From the human T2T-CHM13v2.0 reference genome, Homo sapiens, in the NCBI RefSeq assembly GCF_009914755.1, contig NC_060931.1: 64,000 bases of DNA, one strand, 5' to 3'. Positions within the stretch are counted from its first letter, which is position 1. Each line of letters opens with the position of its first letter. The position numbers and the translations under genes were made by a program. Of the stretch, positions 42,700 to 57,914 are shown piece by piece. The notes beneath the pieces are model-generated. The model did no database searches and had not been told where the DNA came from. It worked only from the letters and a program-made list of their open reading frames with translations.

Positions 42700-44650
42700 T
42701 TAAAAAATGAAAAAATAAACCAAAAACTAAAAGCAAAACAAAACTATAATAGAAAACAATTGCTTCTGGAGGAGGAATGCAATGGGGAAAAGGTTATAGA
42801 AACAAAAGCTACATTTTATTTGAATATACCTGTTTTAGGTTTGACCCTGGTAACATTTGATATTTTACATAATTATATCATTATTTAAAATTAAATTTTA
42901 AAACACCAATACCCATAACAGAAAAGTTTGATAAAAGAGGTGAAATATAAATATAAATATATTAAGTTTGCATTATAATCACACAGAGATGAATTGTGTC
43001 AGTTACTCAAACACAGATATTTGACTATACAACCTTTATGAGATATCCTAAGGACAAAAAAACATGCAAAAATATATATTGAACTGTTTTAAAATTATAT
43101 TTTTTTGCAATTGAATTGTTATTGTGAGACAGGTGTGTACATATTTTAAGATCAAGCAAGTTAGTAAGCTTGTTGACATTATTGTAAATGGGATTTGTCC
43201 CATGGGGTAAAGAAGATATAATAGCAAGTAGAAGAAAATAAATGAAAACCCATTAATATGAGTTTGAAGTTAAAGTATCAGTATGAAGTCATGAAGCATT
43301 TTCCCAACAAAAAGAAAAAAATAGTTTCCTAGTTCTAATCACTTAAAAGTATATAGAAACAACATAAAACTCAATATCAAGAGTAAATGTAACTCAGATG
43401 TGCTCTGTAGACATTTCCCCTAAAAGGAGTTGAAGTTCATTGCAAACAAGTATCTAATTCCAGCTTGGGGTTTGAATATTGTACAAGATGGGCCTGGAAT
43501 ATCAAATTCTCTTACTAAAAAGCAAGGCAGATTTGAAAGACTATTAGGATGCATCAAAGAGACTCAGAGGAGTCACCCTGAAGAGGTTACCATTGGCCAA
43601 AGGTAAAAATTTGAGAATCAATAAGAAAATCAAAGGCAGTAGATTAAAATGCCTCAAATATGCTTAAATCTATCTGTTCCTAATAATGTTAATTTAAAAA
43701 TAATGTTGTCATTGGACACCTTTGAAGAATGTTAGGGATCCATAAGAATGTACTGTTTTGAATTAAAGAGAAGAATTGAGCATTTATCCTGTTTTTCCTT
43801 TATGGATTATGTCTAAGGATAACCAAATGTTGATGACAGAAAATCCTTTTTAAAGATACCTTTAGCCAAAGAATGAAGAAAGAATGATAGAATTGAAATG
43901 TTACCATTTTTGCAACCCCTAATGAAATAATGAATCTAGCCAGTTGTTATCAATTGTTGCTAACATAAAAAATGAGAGACAAACAGACACGCCTCTTCAT
44001 AGAAGTATATGATACCACCTATAAAATATTACTGCCAGAAAAAAAAATCAAACTTTGGATCTAATTACCAATTAGATCAGCCTTTAGCTCTAACAACCAA
44101 TTTGCAATATTTACAGGAGATACAGGAGCATGTTGAATGACACCATAAAAAGGCAATCAGTAAAATTTAGTTTATTATAAACTATATAGGATAAGTGATC
44201 CAGTTGCTACAATAAATATATTACAGAAGGTGTGTATTGGCGGGTGGGAGATAAAGGAGCAATCTATAGATAAAAACAGACTTAAGGGACATAAAAACAA
44301 CTTTAATGTATGGATCTTATTTGGATCCTTAAGAAAACAAATTGTAAAGTAGCATGAGACATTTGAAGAAAATAGAAATAGTTTTTAAGTGTGGTAATGA
44401 TATCGTGGTTATACGTTGTTAAAGAATGCCTTTAGAGGTAAATACAGAAATATTTGCAGATGAACTAAAATGATGTCTAGAATTTACATAAAAGTAATCC
44501 TGTAGGGAGAGTGAAGAAGTGGAAAGAGTGGATATTGATAGGCAAGAGTAGCTATAATTTGACCACTGCTGAATGTTGTTGATGGATAAATGAAAATGTA
44601 TTATATATTTTTTTACTTATATATTTGAAGATTTTGATTTTTAATAAAGT
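42700..44650 (+). mobile_element. L1MC-type long 3'UTR relic
   Basis: GCAATCAGTAAAAT...CTATAGATAAAAACAGACTTAAGGGACATA...ATGGATCTTATTTGGATCC. Confidence 0.55.
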
Positions 44651-44789
44651 GAAGCTGAGAAAGGGAAAATCATTTTTCTTGATGTCAGGCTTTGAACAGA
44701 GATAAAAGTAAAACCACTGTAGACCAAAGTGGAAAAATAAAAAGCAAACATAAACTTTTATGCTTTCAGCTCTCTATTACTGGCTTGTA

Positions 44790-45175
44790 TTTTTTTTTTA
44801 ATCTTTATTTTAAGTTCCAGGGTACATGTGCAGGATGTGCAGGTTTGTTGCTTTTGTAAATGTGTGCCATGGTGGTTTGCTACATCTATCAACCCATCAT
44901 CTAGGTATTAAGCCCAGAATGCATTACCTATTTTTCCTAATGCTCTCCCTCCCCCCACTCTACCCCCCAACAGGTCCCAGGATGTGTTATTTCCTTCCCC
45001 GTGTGCATGTGTTCTTATTGTTCAGTTCCCACATAAAAGTGAGAACATATGGTGTTTGGTTTTCTATTTCTGCATTAGTTTGCTGAGGATAATGGATTCT
45101 AGATCCATTCATGGCCCTGCAAAGGACATGATCTCATTCCTTTTTATGGCTGCATAGTATTCCATGGTGTACAGG
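44790..45175 (-). mobile_element. L1PA (8-10 age) 3' fragment
   Basis: TTTATTTTAAGTTCCAGGGTACATGTGCAGGATGTGCAGG...GCTGCATAGTATTCCATGGTG. Confidence 0.88.
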
Positions 45176-46392
45176 TACTTTTGATTGCCTATTTCATTTA
45201 CTTAAACATATTCAACCTTTCAAAAAAATATTGTTGGTACTTGAAAATTACAATAAATTTGGTGTTTTGGGGTCTGATTCTGCTCTGTTCTTTCTGTAAC
45301 TCACACTCTTTAAGAACTTACTTATAGTTTACTAGGTTCTCAAAAACTTGCTTAAACCAGGGAAAAAGTTAAAACAACACCACTTTATAAAAAATGTTGA
45401 AAATAAAGTAAGATGACTTTTAAGTCAGAAAAAACTGAGGCTACCACTTACGAGTTTGCCACTTACTTAAATGGCTTACTTCTTTTTTATTCTTTTTTAA
45501 ATTAAGAATTTTAAGAGCAGTTTTAGGTTGACAGCAAAATTAAGAGGAAGACACAGAGATTTCCCAAATACTCCCTCACCCCACACATCAATAGCCTCTC
45601 CAATTATTAACATTTCCCATCAAAGCAGTCTTTTTTTCTACAACAGATGAACCCACACATCATTATCACCCAAAGTCCATTGCTGGCATTAGGTTCACCC
45701 TTCATATTATACATCCTATCAGTTTGGATAAACGTATAATGATATGTATCTACCATTACACCATCATAGTATCATACAGAATACTTTGACTGTTCTAAAA
45801 GTCCTCTGTGCTCCACCCATTTATCCCTCCCTCTTCTCTGTCTCCTGGCAACCATTTATTTTTTACTGTCTCTGTATTTTTGCCTTTTTCATAATGTCAT
45901 ATAGTTGGATTCATACAGTGTGTAGCCTTTTCAGATTGTCTTCTTTTATTTAGTAATATGCATTTAAGCTTCCTCCATGTCTTGTCATAGTTCGACAGCT
46001 TCTTTCTTCCTTTTTTAAAAAAATTTGTTTTTAATTTCAATAGCTTTGGGGGGAACAGTTGGTGTTTGGTTACATGAATAAGTTTTCTAGCGGTGATTTC
46101 TGAGATTTTTATGCACCCATCACCTGAGCAGTGTACACTATACACTGTGTAGTCTTTTATCCCTCACCCTTCTCCCACCATTTCCCCTGAGTCCCCAAAG
46201 TCTATTGTATCATTCTTATGCCTTTGCATCCTCACATCTTAGCTCCCACTTGTGAGTGAGAACATCTGATGTTTGGTTTTCCATTCCTGAGTTACTTCAC
46301 TTAGAATAATGGTCTCCAATTCCATCCAGGTTGCTGCAAATTCCATTATTTCATTCCTTCTTATAGCTGAGTAGTATTCCATGGTATGTATG

Positions 46393-46398
<6 letters not shown>

Positions 46399-46468
<70 letters not shown>
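46399..46468. repeat. (TG)n(TA)n compound microsatellite
   Basis: TG run followed by TA run in the L1PB 3' region. Confidence 0.97.
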
Positions 46469-46470
<2 letters not shown>

Positions 46471-47823
46471 AATTCCTTTATCTATCTACTCATTGATTGA
46501 TGGCCATTTGGGCTGGTTCCATATTTTTACAATTGCGAATTGTTCTGCTATAATACAAACACGCATGTGCAAGTATCTTTTTTGTATAATGACTTCTTTT
46601 CCTCTGGGGAGATATCCTGTAGTGGGATTGCTGGAGCAAATGGTAGTTCTACTTTTAGTTCTTTAAGGAATCTCCACACTGTTTACCAAAGTGTCTGCAC
46701 TAGTTTACACTCCCACCAGCAGTTTAAAGGTGTTCCCTTTTTACCACATCCCCACCAATGTTTATTTATTTTTTTTTTTGATTTTTTGATTATGGCCATT
46801 CTTGCAGGAGTAAGGTAATATCACATTGTGAGTTTGATTTGCATTTCCCTGATCATTGGTGATGTTGAGCATTTTTTCATGTTTGTTGGCCATTTGTATA
46901 TTTTCTTTTGAGAATTGTCTATTCATGTCCATAGCCCACTTTTTGATGGGATTTTTTTTTCTGATTTGTTTGAGTTCCTTGTAGATTCTGGATATTAGTC
47001 CTTTGTTGCATGTATAGATTGCAAAGATTTTCTCTCACTCTGTGGGTTGTCTGTTTACTCTGCTGATTGTTTCTTTTTCTTGCAGAAGCTTTTTAGTTTA
47101 ATTCAGTCCCATATTTTTATCTTTGTTTTTGTTGCATTTGCTTTTGGGTTCCTGGTCATGAAGTGCTTGTCTAAACCAATGTCTAGAAGAGTTTTTCTGA
47201 AGTTATCTTCTAGAATTTGTATAGTTTCACATCTTAAATTTAAGTATTTGATCCGTCTTGAGTTGATTTCTATATAAGGTGAGAGATGAGCATCCAGTTT
47301 CATTCTTCTACATGTGGCTTGACAATTATTCCAGCACCACTTGTTGAATAGGGTGTCCTTTTGCACTTTATGTTTTTGTTTGCTTTGTTGATGATCAGTT
47401 GACTGTAACTTTATTTCTGGGTTCTCTATTCTGTTTCATTTGTCTATGTGCCTATCTTTATACTAGTACCATGCTGTTCTGGTGACTATGTCCGTATAGT
47501 ATAGTTTGAGGTCAGGTAATGTGACGCCTCCAGATTTGTTCTTTTTGCTTGGCTTTGTGGTCCCTTTTTTGGTTCCATATGAATTTTAGGATTGTTTTGT
47601 ACTAGTTGAGTGAAGAATGATGGTGGTATTTTGATGGGAATTGCATTGAATTTGTAGACTGCTTTTGGCAGTTTGTCATTTTCACAGTATTGATTCTACC
47701 CATTCGTGAGCATGGGATGTGTTTCCATTTGTTTGTGCAAAGCTACTATGAACACCTTTACACGCATAAACTAGAAAACCTAGAGGAGATAAATTCCTGG
47801 AAATACACAACCCTCCTAGATTA

Positions 47824-48217
<394 letters not shown>

Positions 48218-49830
48218 TCAGAACAAGATGGATTCACAGCTGAATTCTATCAGACATTCAAAGAATAATTGGTACCTATCCTATTGATTGGTACCAATCC
48301 TACTATTCCACAAGACAGAGAAAGAGGCAATTCTCCCTAAATCAATCTATGAAGCCAGTATCACCCAAATACCAAAATCAGGGAAGGACATAACAAGAAA
48401 AGAAAAGTACAGACCAATATCCCTGGTGGATATAGATGCAAAAATTCTTAACAAAATATTAGCTAACTGAATCCAACAGCATATCAAAAAGATAATCCAT
48501 CATGATCAAGTGGGTTTCATACCAGGGGTGCAGGGATGGTTTAACATATGCAACTCAATAAATGTGACACACCACATAAGCAGAACTAAAAATAAAAATC
48601 ACATGATCATCTCAATAGATGCAGAAAAAGCATTTGACAAAATCCAGCATATGTTTTATGATTAAAGCCCTCAGTAAAATCTGCATAGAAGAGATGTATC
48701 TTAATGTAATAAAAGCCATCTATGACAAATGCACAGCCAACATAATATTGAACAGGGAAAAGTTGAAAGCATTCCCCATTGAGAACTGGAACAAGACAAG
48801 GATATCCACTCTCACCACTTCTTTTCAACATAGGACTGGACATCCTTGCTAGAGCAAGCAGACAAGAGAGAAATAAAGCGCATTCAAATCGGTAAATAGG
48901 AAGTCAACTGTTGCTGTTTGCTGATGATATGATTGTATGCCTAGAAAGCCCTCAATACTCCTCAAAAAAGCTCCTAGAACTGACAAATGAATTCAGCAAA
49001 GTTTTAGAATACAAAATTAAGGTACACAAATCAGTAGCTCTGCTATACACCAACAGTAACCAAACTGAGAATCAAATCATGAGCTCAACCCCTTTTACCA
49101 TAGCTGCAAAAAACAAACAAATTTAAAAAACTAGGAATAGCCCTAACCGAGAAGGTGAAAAACCTCTACAAGGTAAACTACAAGATACTGCTGACTGCTT
49201 ATTTCTTTTTAACACTGAATAATATTTCATTTTCCAGATTTACCACTGTTTATTTATCTACCTACTGAAGGACCTCTTGGTTGCTTCTAAGTTGTGGCAA
49301 TTATGAATAAAACTGCCATAAAACTCTGTGTGCAGGTTTTTGTGTGGGCATAATTTTTCCTTTGGGTAAATACCAAGGACTAAAATTGCTGGATTGTATG
49401 ATAAAAGTATGGTAAGTTTTGTAAGAAACTGCCATGTTATTTCCCAAAGTGGCTGTACCATTTTGCATTCCCACTAGCAACGATTGAGAGTTCCTGCTGC
49501 TCCACATTTTCACCAGCATTTAGTGTTGTCAGTGTTCTGAATTTTAGCCATTTTACTAGGGTTAGTGGTATCTCCTTATTATTTTAAATTACTTATTTTT
49601 TTTACATCCAAGTTTTCTCATCTACCAAAATGCAGATGCTAATGCCTAGTTCAGATAATTCTTGTGAAAATTCACAGATGTGGTAATTCATGGAAATAAC
49701 ACAATATCTGATATGCTAAAGCACTCTGGTAGTTTTATATATAGCTATGATTCCTGAACTGGGAAGTAGGGTAGGTCAATCTCATGTCTACATATAAAAC
49801 TGCAAAAAGATTTTTATTTTCACTCACTGA

Positions 49831-50256
49831 TGTAGAAAAATAGTCTGTCGTATTGCAACAGTAACGTCATCTTCAATCAAACCTGCCAAAATGACTGATG
49901 CTTGACCTCTGCATCCCAAGACATTCCGCAGCCAGGTTAAGAAACAATGCCTGTAGCATAGATAACCCTTCAGAAAGATGCTTATCTCACCTCCCCAGTA
50001 GCCACAAGTTTTGCAAGAAAGTCAGAGGCATGCCCAGCTGCACATGTTTTACCCCAAAAGCTTGCTATATAAAGGACACTTTCTGGAAGGCAGGTTCAAG
50101 GATCCAATGTCTCTTGGCCACTGAGAAATGGTTTCTATTCTTAAGTCCCTATTAAATGTTTCTTCCTGAAAAAATAAACTTGTCAGCCTCTTTCTTTCAC
50201 CTCTCAGCCAAGGCCTTTAGGGGTAGGTTTTGCCTATACCTGCCCACTATGGAATA
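49831..50256 (+). mobile_element. ERV solo LTR (LTR47-like, ERVL)
   Basis: TG start, TATATAAA at 50066, ATTAAA at 50151, 5-bp TSD ACTGA/ACCAA; family name from memory. Confidence 0.7.
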
Positions 50257-53200
50257 ACCAACCCGACCTCTAGCCCGTGAGCTAGAAAATCAGATATGTA
50301 AGAATGCTACATTGACACCTGAACTTGGATTGTATGACTGACAACAAATACTCTTTGAACTACATCTAACATTTTGAACCAATAATATTGAATAGCAGAA
50401 ATGAAATACATTTGTCTTCACCATTAACATTTTTTAAGTGGATTACCTTCTTTGGGTGAAATGGAAATGTAGCATTTGCAAAACTGTTAATGAATTTGTG
50501 TTGAGTGGTTAAATCTACACTACAAATGATTTAATTCAGGGCATGGTAGAGTATACTGTTGGTTTCTGAATGATGGTGTTAGTTATGGTCTGAGCATAAG
50601 TTAAATCATTTTGTAGTTTATTTGTTTGAAATTAGAGCTTTCCTCTTACCAAATGATCTCTAGGGCAAAATGATTCCATTACGAACTCTTTTGAAACACC
50701 AGAATTGTCATCCCTAATGTTGACTTGGCTTCCTGAAGAAGCAGTTCTGGATACATAACTTCATCAGAACAGCACAGAATTTGTGATGCATTCCACTGAT
50801 TCCAAAGACTATGTTTTAGACTCTACTCTCAAGGGCAGGTCTTTTATTTTTGTTTGATTGAGAGATTTCATCTACAAAGAAGAAAATATAAAGAATGATA
50901 GTGTCTTTCCATTTGTCATGCGCAGTAACACTTGCACTGAAGGATTTATAAAACAGAATCTAGCACATAATAAATCTTTTTTTTTTTCCGAAGGCTTACA
51001 AGATATCTCATTCTTGAGAGCTAATATGGAACTGGAACTACTCTAAGTAAAATAGGAATTCAAGTTCATTATGTGTGTTATTTATTAACATCAAATTAAT
51101 TCTGGCCACCGACTGTTTTGCCATTTCCTCCTCTAGAAGGCTAAGATTCTATTTAGATTCAACTATTTTTTTCCATGTTCTTTTTATTTATGCTGAAACA
51201 GACCAGAAAATCAAATAGGCCAGATTTTTTTTGTTATTTATTTGTTGCACAATTATTCAATATGCAGATTCATAAGATTATAAATTAACCACACTATACG
51301 ATTCAATTTAGAACCAGAAGAGAATATTTTAACAAAATGCACTGAGTTTCCAGTCATATTCAGGTACACACATGTGAAAAGCAAATTAAATAAGAGGTCA
51401 AAGTAAAATGAACACAAGACAATGACATTCCAGGTATATATGCAATATTTTCTTCCTCTCCCTCCACTAATCCTGATAAGCCAGTTAAAATGACGACTGA
51501 GTTTTTGGATTTCTACATAATTACAGTTACCATCAAAGCTAGTGATTACATTAATGTTCATTGGATTTGCCTCTTTGAGAGACAGCCAAATCAGAAAGAT
51601 CACATTTAGGGAATTCTAGGCTACTGGTGACTGCACAGTGACTTGTGGAGGTGTCCTCAGGGAGAGTTTCATTTCATCCTCTGGGGTTTTTATAAATTTG
51701 AGATGTAAAAAAAGTGTGTGTGTGTGCGTGTGTTTGTGTGTGTTTGTGTGTTGGGGGTAGGGAACAGTGATCCTTTTTCTATTTCATGTCCCAGAAAGAG
51801 GAACTGAATTTAAGTTGTTAAATACCCATCCCCTGCAGTATACATGATTTTGGATTGCTTTCTTTTTATGGTATTTTCTCACTTTTAAAGCTATCCCCAG
51901 TTTGGAAATAGAAAGTGCACCTGTAATGTGTTGAGGGTGGGAGGGAGAACATCTTGATTTTTCCCCAGTTCTACATCCATAAAGAATGATTGAAAATGGA
52001 CATTTGAGCTCCTGTTAATAGAGTGAAAAATAGGCAAAATTTGGTAAACAGTTTTGCTGGGGAGCCATGATTTTAAAGGGCTATGTTTTTGCAAGGCTAG
52101 GCTTTTGAGACATTTGTTTTCTCCTGGATACTTCAGCCTCTTCCCAGTTAAATGGAACTTGTAAGCCATTTTAGCATCCCTTGTCTTTCCATAATGTTGA
52201 GGTTAGACACTACACTAAAGATTTATTCCTGGCTGCTAAGGAGAAACAAGTCTTCAATACTGGGAACTCACTGTGGCTGCTTGCCCACAGAGTTCAGGGA
52301 AAGGGAAGCCAGAAGCCAGGCTATAGGACACACCAGCTATCCCTCTGAGGTTTCCTCACTAACAAGCCACTTGAATTAGAAAGCACACAAGCCAGTGGAG
52401 AATAAACCACATCTGACCATGGAACAATTTGAATGAAGTACTTCATTGATTTGACCTGGTGGCTTATCAAGATACTTTTGCCCAGATTCAATACATGAGA
52501 TTCTCCCCTCAAAATGTTTGCTCAATGTTTAGACTTATTTAAATGTATTTGAGGTTTCTGCTTGGAGACCTAATTTTATGTATTTAAACACATTCAACCT
52601 CTGGGTAACTGATAGTAAATAAAAACAAAACATTTAGCCTATCAAATTATATCACATGTATTTATTGAATCGTTAAAAAGAATTACAAAAACCCAGACAT
52701 GCGGACTCTAGTAAACAGTCTTTGTTGGTTCTAGAACATGTATTCTTAGTCCAGCTGCTTGATAAACTGCAATCACCTAAACACACGCTCCTAAATCAAA
52801 TCTTGGATTTCAGTAAGAGCACTGAGCCATCACGGGTTTCTGTTTTTTGGAGAAGCCAAGTCATAATAAGCTTTTAAAGGTATGTCTAGTCAATATTTTT
52901 TTTAAACCTCCTTTCACCTTAATATGTGTTTAGCCAACACAACAAGTATAATTGTGGAAATCATTCTATAAATTGCATGCATTCACTCTTTGCTGAACAT
53001 AGAAGAAAGCCTGAGAATATGAAAAGCAATGCATTTGTTGCCTTGTTCTCAAGAGGCCACCTCTCTTTGAGAAAACCAAATCGCAGGGCACCAAAAATTA
53101 AGTAACAAAGAGCGAGATATTGACCATATGTTTCAGGAGGCTTTGGATAGAAACTTCCCTGTCTTCAGTGGTTGCAAATTAGTTGTCCTAGATTTGATCT

Positions 53201-54571
53201 TCATCAGTATTGTGCTTCTCAGCTTTTTGGTTTTGATTCTTGTAAAGCACATGTTGCTTTGAATTATTCTTTCATTATAGCAAAGATAAAGGAGCCTGAC
53301 AGCAAAATTGTTTACAATAATGAAAATTTGGATTTAGCCAATATGTCCAAAAATATATTACTAATAGAACATATGGAGCATCTATCCAAAGTAATATTAT
53401 GTAGCTCTTAAGTTTATTTTGTAGCTTTCTGTTTAATGATGTAATAAAAAGTTAAGATATCAAGTGAAAAAGCAGGTTATAGAATTTTGGTAAAACTATT
53501 ATACAAGTAAAATGTTTTTCCTACATATTTTGGACGTTCTTACATCCAAAAATCTTATATCCATGGACTTTTTAATGCCACTGTTTTAAAATTTCACTAC
53601 AATATATATTTAAGTGGCATATAGCCTGATCTTATTGCCTTGGGGTTTGTCTTGGCCATCAACTTTTGTTGGGCTGAATTTAGGCCTTCTGAGAGGTCAT
53701 TGCAGCCATTCTCCTCTGCCTAATCCTCTACTGCCTATCCCATCAAAGGGATCTAAATGATTTTCCCCTTCACAGTCAAAGGAAGTTTCTCTCTTCTCGG
53801 GGAAGGGAGGGAAGAGAAGCTCCGGGTATGGCAAACTGAGTCTGTGAGACTATTTCTATTTCCCTGGAAAAGAAAAATTGAAACAATTTTTATTCTTTCT
53901 GATATCTTTATAGTGGTGAAAGTAAAGAAGAAAATGTCATTAAGTTTTCCCGCCACATTATATATGAACATGTTGATTACAATGTGCAAAAATTGAATGT
54001 CTGGAAGGGTATGTTCACCAAAATTAGTCTAGAATGTTGTTATGCTTTTTGTTTCTTTTCCCTTCTTAAAAATATATTTGTCTTAACTGTTTTTTAAGAG
54101 TTTGTTTTATAATAAATACAGATTGCCCTGTAATAACAAAATGAATTTAGGCAATAAAGTCTTGTCTTTTGTATCTTAAAATTATTTTAAAATATTTCAT
54201 AAGGGACACTTTTAAAAAATAGTTTTTAATCTTTTCAATGACACTGTAATGCAAGTATCTATTTTTCATTTACTCATGTGGAAACCATGTAATAAGGGGC
54301 TAAAGACATGTCCCAAGTCATATAAAATAGTAAATGGCAGAATGAGAATTTGGAGCCTCACCTCCTTGACATAAGTATTCTCATTTCTCTTACCAATTAG
54401 ACTTTAAAGAAAAATACTAATTTGAAAAATTTGTTCTTGGCTACTTTAAATTTGTAGGATGCATCTACAAAGCATCTATTTACTTTCTTGCGGATCCACT
54501 GAAAACTGATTTTGCTGCTCTAGATGGGGTGGGAATAGAGGAAGCAGAAGAAGATAAGGAATTTTTTAAAA

Positions 54572-55457
<886 letters not shown>

Positions 55458-56482
55458 CTAGTTTTTGTTTGTTTTTTTCTTTTTCTCAAAACTTGAGGAT
55501 AGAAATATTCACACTTTTTTCAACTTTCAATGCTTATGCCTAAACATCTGACACATATCAGATATTCATAAATATATTTCCTCCCAAATCCATAACTTGA
55601 ATAAATTTTGTCTGTAGTTACTTCGAAAAGTGAATTTTTAACAATAATTTCAACTGTTATTTTAGATGCAGGGGGTACACGTGCAGGGTTGTTACATGAG
55701 TATATTGTGTGATGCTGAGATTTGGGATACAAATGATTCCGTCATGGATAACACAGTGAGGTAGTGAGCATAATACCCAACAGTTAGTTTTTCAACCCTT
55801 GCTGCAGCTCACCCTCCCCCAACTCGTATTCCCCAGTGTCTATTTTTGCCATTTTTATGTCCATGAGTACTTAAATGTTTAGCCCTCTTTTGAAAGTGAG
55901 AATATGCGGTATTTGGTTTTCTGTTTTTGTATTAACTCACAGGATAAAGGCCTCAAGCGCCATCCCTGTTGCTGCAAAGGACATGATTTTGTTCTTTTTT
56001 AATGGCTACGTAGTATTCCATGGTATATGTATCACATTTTCTTTATCCAGTCTGCCATACATGGGCACCTAGTTGATTCCATGTCTTTTCTATTGTGACT
56101 AGTGCTTCGATGAATGTAAAAGTTCATGTATCTTTTTAGTAGAACAATTTATTTGCTGTTGGATATGTATCCAGCAATGGAATTGCTAGGTCTATAGTTC
56201 TAAGTTGTTTGAGAAATTTTCACACTGCTTTCCACAGTGGCCGAACTTATTTAAATTTCTACCAACAGTGTATAAGCATTCCCTTTTCTCCACGGCCTCA
56301 CCAGCATCTGTTACTTTTTTACTTTTCATAATAGTCACTCTGACTAGTATATGATGGTATCTCATTGTAGTTTTGATTTGCATTTCTCCAGTGATTAGTG
56401 ATTTTGGGTATTTTTTCATATGTTTATTGGCTGCTTACATGTCTTCTTTTGAGAAGTTTCTGTTAATGCCTTTTGCCCACTT

Positions 56483-56946
56483 ATGTTCAGAGGTACAAGT
56501 TCAGGTTTGTTACATAGGTAAACTTGTGTCATGCAGGTTTGCTGTACAGATTATTTCATCATGCAGGTATTAAGCCTAGTACTCTTTAGCTATTTTTCTT
56601 GTTCCTCTCCCTCTTCCCACCCTCCTCCCTCTGAAAGGCCCCAGTGTGTGTTGTTCCCTTCTATGTGTCCATGTGTTCTCATCATTTAGCTTCCACTTAC
56701 AGGTGAGAACATGTGGTATTTGGTTTTCTGTTCCTGTGTTAGTTTGCTAAGGATAATGGCCTCCAGCTCCATCCCTGTCCCTGCAGATGACGTGATCTCA
56801 TTCTTTTTTTTATGGCTGCATAATATGCTATGGTGTACATGTACCACATTTTCTTTATCCGGTTTATCATTGACGGGCATTTGGGTTGATTTCATGTCTT
56901 TGCTATTGTGAATAGTGCCGCAATGAACATACGTGTGCATGTGTCT
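56483..56946 (-). mobile_element. Nested L1PA (12-13 age) 3' fragment
   Basis: Second L1 3'UTR (CAGGTTTGTTACATAGGTAAACTTGTGTCATG...) inserted within the host TTTGCCCACTT|TTTAATGGGG. Confidence 0.82.
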
Positions 56947-57441
56947 ACTTTTTAATGGGGTTGTTTTTTGCTTGTTAAGTTTATTATAGATTCTAGATAT
57001 TAGATATTTCTTGGATGCCTAGTTTGCAAATATTTTCACCCATTCCGCAGGTTGTTTATTTTGTTGATTGTTTCTTCGGCTGTGCAGAACCTCTTTAATT
57101 TAATTAGGCCTCACTTGTCAATTTTTGTTTTTGTTGCAATTGCTTTTGAGGTTTTAGTCATAAACTCTTTACCAGGGTCCATGTCCAGAAAGGTATTTCC
57201 TAGGTTTTCTTCTAGGATTCTTATATTAATAGTTTGAGGTCTTACATTTAAATCTGTACTCCATCTTGAGTTAATTTTTGTATGTGGTGGAAGATAGGGT
57301 CCAGTTTCATTCTTCTGCATATAGATAGGCAGATGTCCCAGCACCATTTATTGAATCGAGAGTCCTTTCTTTATTGCTTGTTTTTTTTTTTTTGACTTTG
57401 TCAAAAATCAGATGGTTGTAGGTGTGCAGCTTTATTTCTGA

Positions 57442-57785
<344 letters not shown>

Positions 57786-57831
57786 CCTGCTTCTTTTTTT
57801 AATTTAACTAGTATCATGCTGTTTTGGTTAC

Positions 57832-57914
57832 AGTATAGTATAGTATAGTATAGTATAGTATAATATAGTATAGTATAGTATAGTGTAGTATAGTGTAGAG
57901 TGTAGTATGGTGTG
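57832..57914. repeat. (TAGTA)n pentanucleotide repeat
   Basis: About 16 units, degenerating to TAGTG/TGGTG. Confidence 0.95.
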
